From: Candidatus Karelsulcia muelleri | GTDB lineage: Bacteria; Bacteroidota; Bacteroidia; Flavobacteriales; Blattabacteriaceae | Length of the DNA: 32,000 nucleotides | Reading direction: 5' to 3' | Assembly (NCBI RefSeq): GCF_022985615.1 | Contig: NZ_CP094965.1 | Location: 1 to 32,000, forward strand | Shown: in pieces, positions 28,306 through 32,000 of the stretch | How the letters are laid out: every line of letters begins with the position of its first letter | Numbering within the stretch: the first letter of the stretch is position 1 | Notes under the pieces: generated by a model | Told to the model about the DNA's origin: nothing | Seen by the model: the letters and a program-made list of their open reading frames with translations, nothing else | The model's database searches: none | Program-made: the position numbers and the translations under genes

Positions 28306-28380
28306 TCGGGATGATAGGATTCGAACCTATGACCTCCTGGTCCCAAACCAGGTGCGATAACCTTTCTACGCCACATCCCG
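28306..28380 (-). tRNA. tRNA-Pro (TGG)
   Basis: CGGGATG TG GCGTAGAAAGGTTATCGC A CCTGG TTTGGGA CCAGG AGGTC ATAGG TTCGAAT CCTAT CATCCCG A. Confidence 0.94.
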
Positions 28381-28389
28381 TTTATTGTA

Positions 28390-28470
28390 CGGAGAGTGTG
28401 AGATTCGAACTCACGAGGTAAAAACCTACAGTTTAGCAAACTGCTCCGTTAACCACTCCGGCAACTCTCC
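28390..28470 (-). tRNA. tRNA-Ser (GCT)
   Basis: GGAGAGT TG CCGGAGTGGTTAACGG A GCAGTTTGCTAAACTG ... GTGAG TTCGAAT CTCAC ACTCTCC G. Confidence 0.93.
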
Positions 28471-28476
28471 ATAATA

Positions 28477-29730
28477 TTAAATAATGATTCTACTTTTTAA
28501 TTCAGCCAAATATTTTTTCCAATTATTTATTTTCTTTTTAGCTACACCTGATTTAATTGCTGCTTTAGCTACTGCAATTGACACGTTTATCATAAGTCGA
28601 GGATCAAATGGTTTAGGAATTATATAATTTTTCCCAAATTTAATATTTTTTTCATTATAAAGAAGACTTACTTTTTTAGGTACAGGTTCTTTAGCTATCT
28701 TAGCTATTGAATATAGAGCCGCTAATTTCATTTCTTCATTTATTGAGGTCGCCTTAACATCTAAAGCCCCTCTAAAGATATAAGGAAAACATAAAGCATT
28801 ATTTACTTGATTTGGATAATCACTTCTACCAGTTGCTATAATAATATCTGAACGTGTTTTTAGAGCTTTGTGGTATTTAATTTCTGGATTTGGATTTGCT
28901 AAAGCAAATATTATAGGGTTCCTCGACATACTCATTAACATTTTTTTTGTTAATATATTACCAACAGATAAACCAATAAATACATCAGAATTGATAATTA
29001 TTTCTTCTAATTTGGTATAAGAAGTTTTAACACAAAATTCTAATTTTTCTTTTGTCAATTTTTTTCTACTATTATTTAGTACTCCGTGACTATCACACAT
29101 AAAAATGTGTTTAACCCCAAGTTTCTTATAAATTCTGCCACAAGAAATTGCTGCAGCTCCTGCTCCATTAATAACCATTTTAATATTTTCTATTTTTTTA
29201 TTTACTAATTCTAAAGCATTAATTAATGCAGCACCGGAAATTATGGCAGTTCCATGTTGGTCATCATGCATTACTGGAATATTTATTTTTTTTAATTCTT
29301 TTTCTATTTTGAAAGCTTCAGGAGATTTAATATCTTCTAAATTTATACCACCAAATGTTGGGGAAATTGATTTTACAATTTCAATAAACTTTTTTGGGTC
29401 TTTTTCCTTAATTTCTAAATCAAAAACATCTATATCAGCAAAAATTTTAAATAATAATGCTTTACCTTCCATAACTGGTTTAGATGCTTTTGGTCCAATA
29501 TCACCTAAACTTAATACAGCAGTCCCATTAGTAATAACTCCCACTAAGTTTTTTTTATTTGTGTATTTATATACTTTGTTTTTATTCTTAATTATTTCTT
29601 TACATGGTTCAGCTACTCCAGGGGAATAAGCATAAGATAAATATTTAGGTGAGTAAAATTTTTTACTTGGAATTATTTTAATTTTGCCAGCTGGATATTT
29701 ACTATGATAGTATAAAGCTTTTTGTTTCAT
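28477..29730 (-). CDS. maeB: NAD(P)-dependent malic enzyme (malic domain only, no phosphotransacetylase domain)
   Basis: YSPGVAEPCKEI, LVGVITNGTAVLSLGDIGPKASKPVMEGKALLFKIFADIDVFDLEI, PVMHDDQHGTAIISGAALINAL, FALANPNPEI. Confidence 0.93.
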   Translation of the reverse strand: MKQKALYYHSKYPAGKIKIIPSKKFYSPKYLSYAYSPGVAEPCKEIIKNKNKVYKYTNKKNLVGVITNGTAVLSLGDIGPKASKPVMEGKALLFKIFADIDVFDLEIKEKDPKKFIEIVKSISPTFGGINLEDIKSPEAFKIEKELKKINIPVMHDDQHGTAIISGAALINALELVNKKIENIKMVINGAGAAAISCGRIYKKLGVKHIFMCDSHGVLNNSRKKLTKEKLEFCVKTSYTKLEEIIINSDVFIGLSVGNILTKKMLMSMSRNPIIFALANPNPEIKYHKALKTRSDIIIATGRSDYPNQVNNALCFPYIFRGALDVKATSINEEMKLAALYSIAKIAKEPVPKKVSLLYNEKNIKFGKNYIIPKPFDPRLMINVSIAVAKAAIKSGVAKKKINNWKKYLAELKSRIII

Positions 29731-29983
29731 TGTTTGTATATATACTTATTAATATAAACTTTATTTTATAGTTAGTTAAATTATTCTTTTAAAAGAAATA
29801 AATATTGAATTAGGTACGATATTATTATTTTTTATGTATTTTTTAGAACTCTTTATAAGAATATATAATATATAATATAATATTATATTAATATTAAAAT
29901 ATATAATATAATAATATATATAATAATATGATATAATTATATATAATATATTTTATATTTTATATCGGTTAAAGTGAACATAC

Positions 29984-31318
29984 CTAACTGATTCTTTGAT
30001 TCTTTACTTTATATTTGTTTTTAAATTTAATTTGAATCGGGATTCCAATTAGATCAAAATTAGACCTTATTTTTTTTTCTAGAAATCTTTTATAAGACCT
30101 AGGAATAAGTTTAGGATTATTGCTAAAAAAAAGGAATTTCTTAATACCTTTTTTTAAAATTGGTACGCAATATTTTATAGAAAGATTTCTACCATTACTT
30201 AAATTTATTGTTTTTTTTTTTAATATCGGAAGCATAATTTTATTAAAATAACTTGTATTTATTTTTTGTTTTTGCTTTTTTATTATACTTATTGCTTGAT
30301 TAAAAGCTTTAATAATATTTTGTTTGGAAAAATTAGATGTGAAATATATTGGCAGATCTGTAAATGGATAAATTTTTTTAATAATATTTTGTTTTAAATT
30401 TTGTAAAATACTCTTTTTTTTAATAAGATCACATTTATTAATTAATATAATAATACCTTTAAAGGTATTTTTAATAATTTTAAATATCTTTATATCTTGT
30501 TTTTGAAACCCTATTTTAGTATCTATTATTAAAAAACATAAGTCAGAATTGTAAATTGCTTGAGTCGTTCGAAGAAATGAAAAGTATTCGAGATCTTCCT
30601 TTTTTCTTTTCTTTTTTATTATCCCAGCAGTATCAATCAAAATACATTTAAAATTAAATTTATTATAAATTACTTCTATGCAATCCCTAGTAGTACCTGG
30701 AAGATCACAGACTATGCTTTGATTTTTATTTAATAAGGTATTAATTAAAGATGACTTGCCTACATTTTTCCTTCCTACTAAAGTAATCCTAGGTAAATTG
30801 TAATTTTTTAATTTAATTAATATTTCTTTTTTATTAGAAAAAATATAATTTAATAATTCGTTAACCCCTTGTCCAGTTGAACCAGATAAAAAAAAATAAT
30901 CATTAAATCCTAATTTTAAAATATCTTGTATTTCATAAATATCTGATTTATATTGATCAATTTTATTAACAGCTAGAAAAACTTTTTTTTTTGATCTTTG
31001 TAAGATATTAGATATCTTATAATCTATAGGTAATATTCCAGATAAAATATCTATTACAAATATTACATCGGTTGATTCTTCAATAGCAAATAAAAATTGC
31101 TCACATATTTTAATTTGTAAATCTTTCTTTCCAATTACATATCCTCCAGAATCTATCAGAGTAAACTTATTACCTTTCCATTTACAATCACAATATATCC
31201 TATCTCTGGTAACTCCACTCGAATAATGAGTAATTGCTTTACGGTAGCCTGCTAAATAATTAAAAAGGGTAGATTTTCCTACATTAGGCTGGCCTACTAT
31301 AGAAATTATTTTTTTCAT
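29984..31318 (-). CDS. der: Ribosome biogenesis GTPase Der (EngA)
   Basis: Two tandem G domains: VGQPNVGKSTLFNYLAG...VNKID and VGRKNVGKSSLINTLLN...DTAGI...INKCDL. Confidence 0.95.
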   Translation of the reverse strand: MKKIISIVGQPNVGKSTLFNYLAGYRKAITHYSSGVTRDRIYCDCKWKGNKFTLIDSGGYVIGKKDLQIKICEQFLFAIEESTDVIFVIDILSGILPIDYKISNILQRSKKKVFLAVNKIDQYKSDIYEIQDILKLGFNDYFFLSGSTGQGVNELLNYIFSNKKEILIKLKNYNLPRITLVGRKNVGKSSLINTLLNKNQSIVCDLPGTTRDCIEVIYNKFNFKCILIDTAGIIKKKRKKEDLEYFSFLRTTQAIYNSDLCFLIIDTKIGFQKQDIKIFKIIKNTFKGIIILINKCDLIKKKSILQNLKQNIIKKIYPFTDLPIYFTSNFSKQNIIKAFNQAISIIKKQKQKINTSYFNKIMLPILKKKTINLSNGRNLSIKYCVPILKKGIKKFLFFSNNPKLIPRSYKRFLEKKIRSNFDLIGIPIQIKFKNKYKVKNQRIS

Positions 31319-31345
31319 GACTAGTTGAAAAAATTAATAATTTAA

Positions 31346-31533
31346 ATTAAAATTCCGATTGTAGGTACTGGGAATATTGGTGGTGCTTGTGCAAGTTTAA
31401 TAGCTGCTAAGGATATAGTTAATAATATTATTTTGTTAGAATATGGTTTAAATAATGTTTTCTTAGGTATCCCAGTAATTTGAGTAAAAAAAGGAATATT
31501 ATTGAATTAAAACTTAATAAAGAATTTAATTAG
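31346..31533 (+). pseudogene. mdh: Malate dehydrogenase remnant: N-terminal Rossmann start joined to C-terminal end, with stops and a frameshift
   Basis: IKIPIVGTGNIGGACASLIAAKDIVNNIILLEYG directly followed by LNNVFLGIPVI* and, in another frame, NIIELKLNKEFN*. Confidence 0.78.
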
Positions 31534-31540
31534 ATAATAT

Positions 31541-32000
31541 TTAAATAATATGTTTATAGGCATTATAAGAACTTCTAACTAATGGATTGCTTTCAACATA
31601 TAAAAAGCCCATTTCTAAAGCTAGATTTTTGTAGTATTTAAATTTATGAGGCGTAATAAAGCTTTGAACTGGGTAATGTTTTGAAGTAGGGGCTAGATAT
31701 TGACCTATTGTTAATATATCAATATTGGCTTTTTTTATAGCTTTCAAAGTATTTATTACTTCTACTTCTGTTTCACCTAATCCTAGCATAATACCAGTTT
31801 TAGTTCTTATGTCGCTTTTTTTTTTTATATATTTTAAAATAGATAAGCTTCTATCATATTTAGCCTGAATACGTACTTTTTTTGTTAATCTAGGTACAGT
31901 TTCTAAATTATGAGAAATAATTTCTGGGTGTTCCTTAATTATTAGTGCAATTTTTTTTTTATGCCCTTTAAAATCTGGTATTAAGGCTTCTATAGTCGAA
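31541..32000 (-). CDS. lipA: Lipoyl synthase LipA, C-terminal portion; frame open to the window edge (ORF track shows only 31541..31789)
   Basis: Reverse-strand reading: STIEALIPDFKGHKKKIALIIKEHPEIISHNLETVPRLTKKVRIQAKYDRSLSILKYIKKKSDIRTKTGIMLGLGETEVEV...ILTIGQYLAPTSKHYPVQSFITP...VRSSYNAYK. Confidence 0.95.
   Translation of the reverse strand, partial: STIEALIPDFKGHKKKIALIIKEHPEIISHNLETVPRLTKKVRIQAKYDRSLSILKYIKKKSDIRTKTGIMLGLGETEVEVINTLKAIKKANIDILTIGQYLAPTSKHYPVQSFITPHKFKYYKNLALEMGFLYVESNPLVRSSYNAYKHII

Noticed and set aside
28257-28439. ORF of 60 aa on + strand
   Set aside because: It lies antisense across tRNA-Arg, tRNA-Pro and tRNA-Ser genes; the translation is just reverse-complement tRNA sequence.
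29840-29960. AT-only segment upstream of maeB as a replication origin
   Set aside because: Only low-complexity AT repeats; no recognisable DnaA boxes. GC-skew analysis of the whole chromosome would be required.

Overview
The window is a strongly AT-rich bacterial segment, apparently from a reduced-genome Flavobacteriales/Bacteroidota-type insect endosymbiont (inferred from protein architecture and gene content; species not resolved). It carries mostly single-copy housekeeping genes: lipB, valS, rsfS, dnaN, rpsA, rho, prfA, rsmA, dnaB, mnmE, dnaE, tilS, iscS, proS, htpG, mtaB, rplS, glyS, maeB, der and lipA (partial). There are eight tRNAs: fMet, Val, Asp, Lys, Ser-TGA, Arg, Pro and Ser-GCT. 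I see no CRISPR, transposon, phage or classical defence locus. Three things stand out. (1) Tandem repeats are pervasive. Intergenic examples include (GGTTAA)x19, (AAGT)x9 and (GGTGAA)x7. Gene edges are duplicated, and in-frame repeats sit inside essential genes (valS, prfA, dnaE, tilS, mtaB, rplS, glyS). (2) The dnaE N-terminus looks like a fused DnaQ-type proofreading domain that has lost most DEDD residues, a possible cause of the repeat expansion. tilS also needs a one-base poly(A) slip to be translated. (3) An uninterrupted ORF fuses a 2x[4Fe-4S] ferredoxin to glycyl-tRNA synthetase and has a 45-residue Asn/Ala/Ile repeat inside the ferredoxin part. Degraded remnants of mdh and of an M42-type aminopeptidase are also visible.
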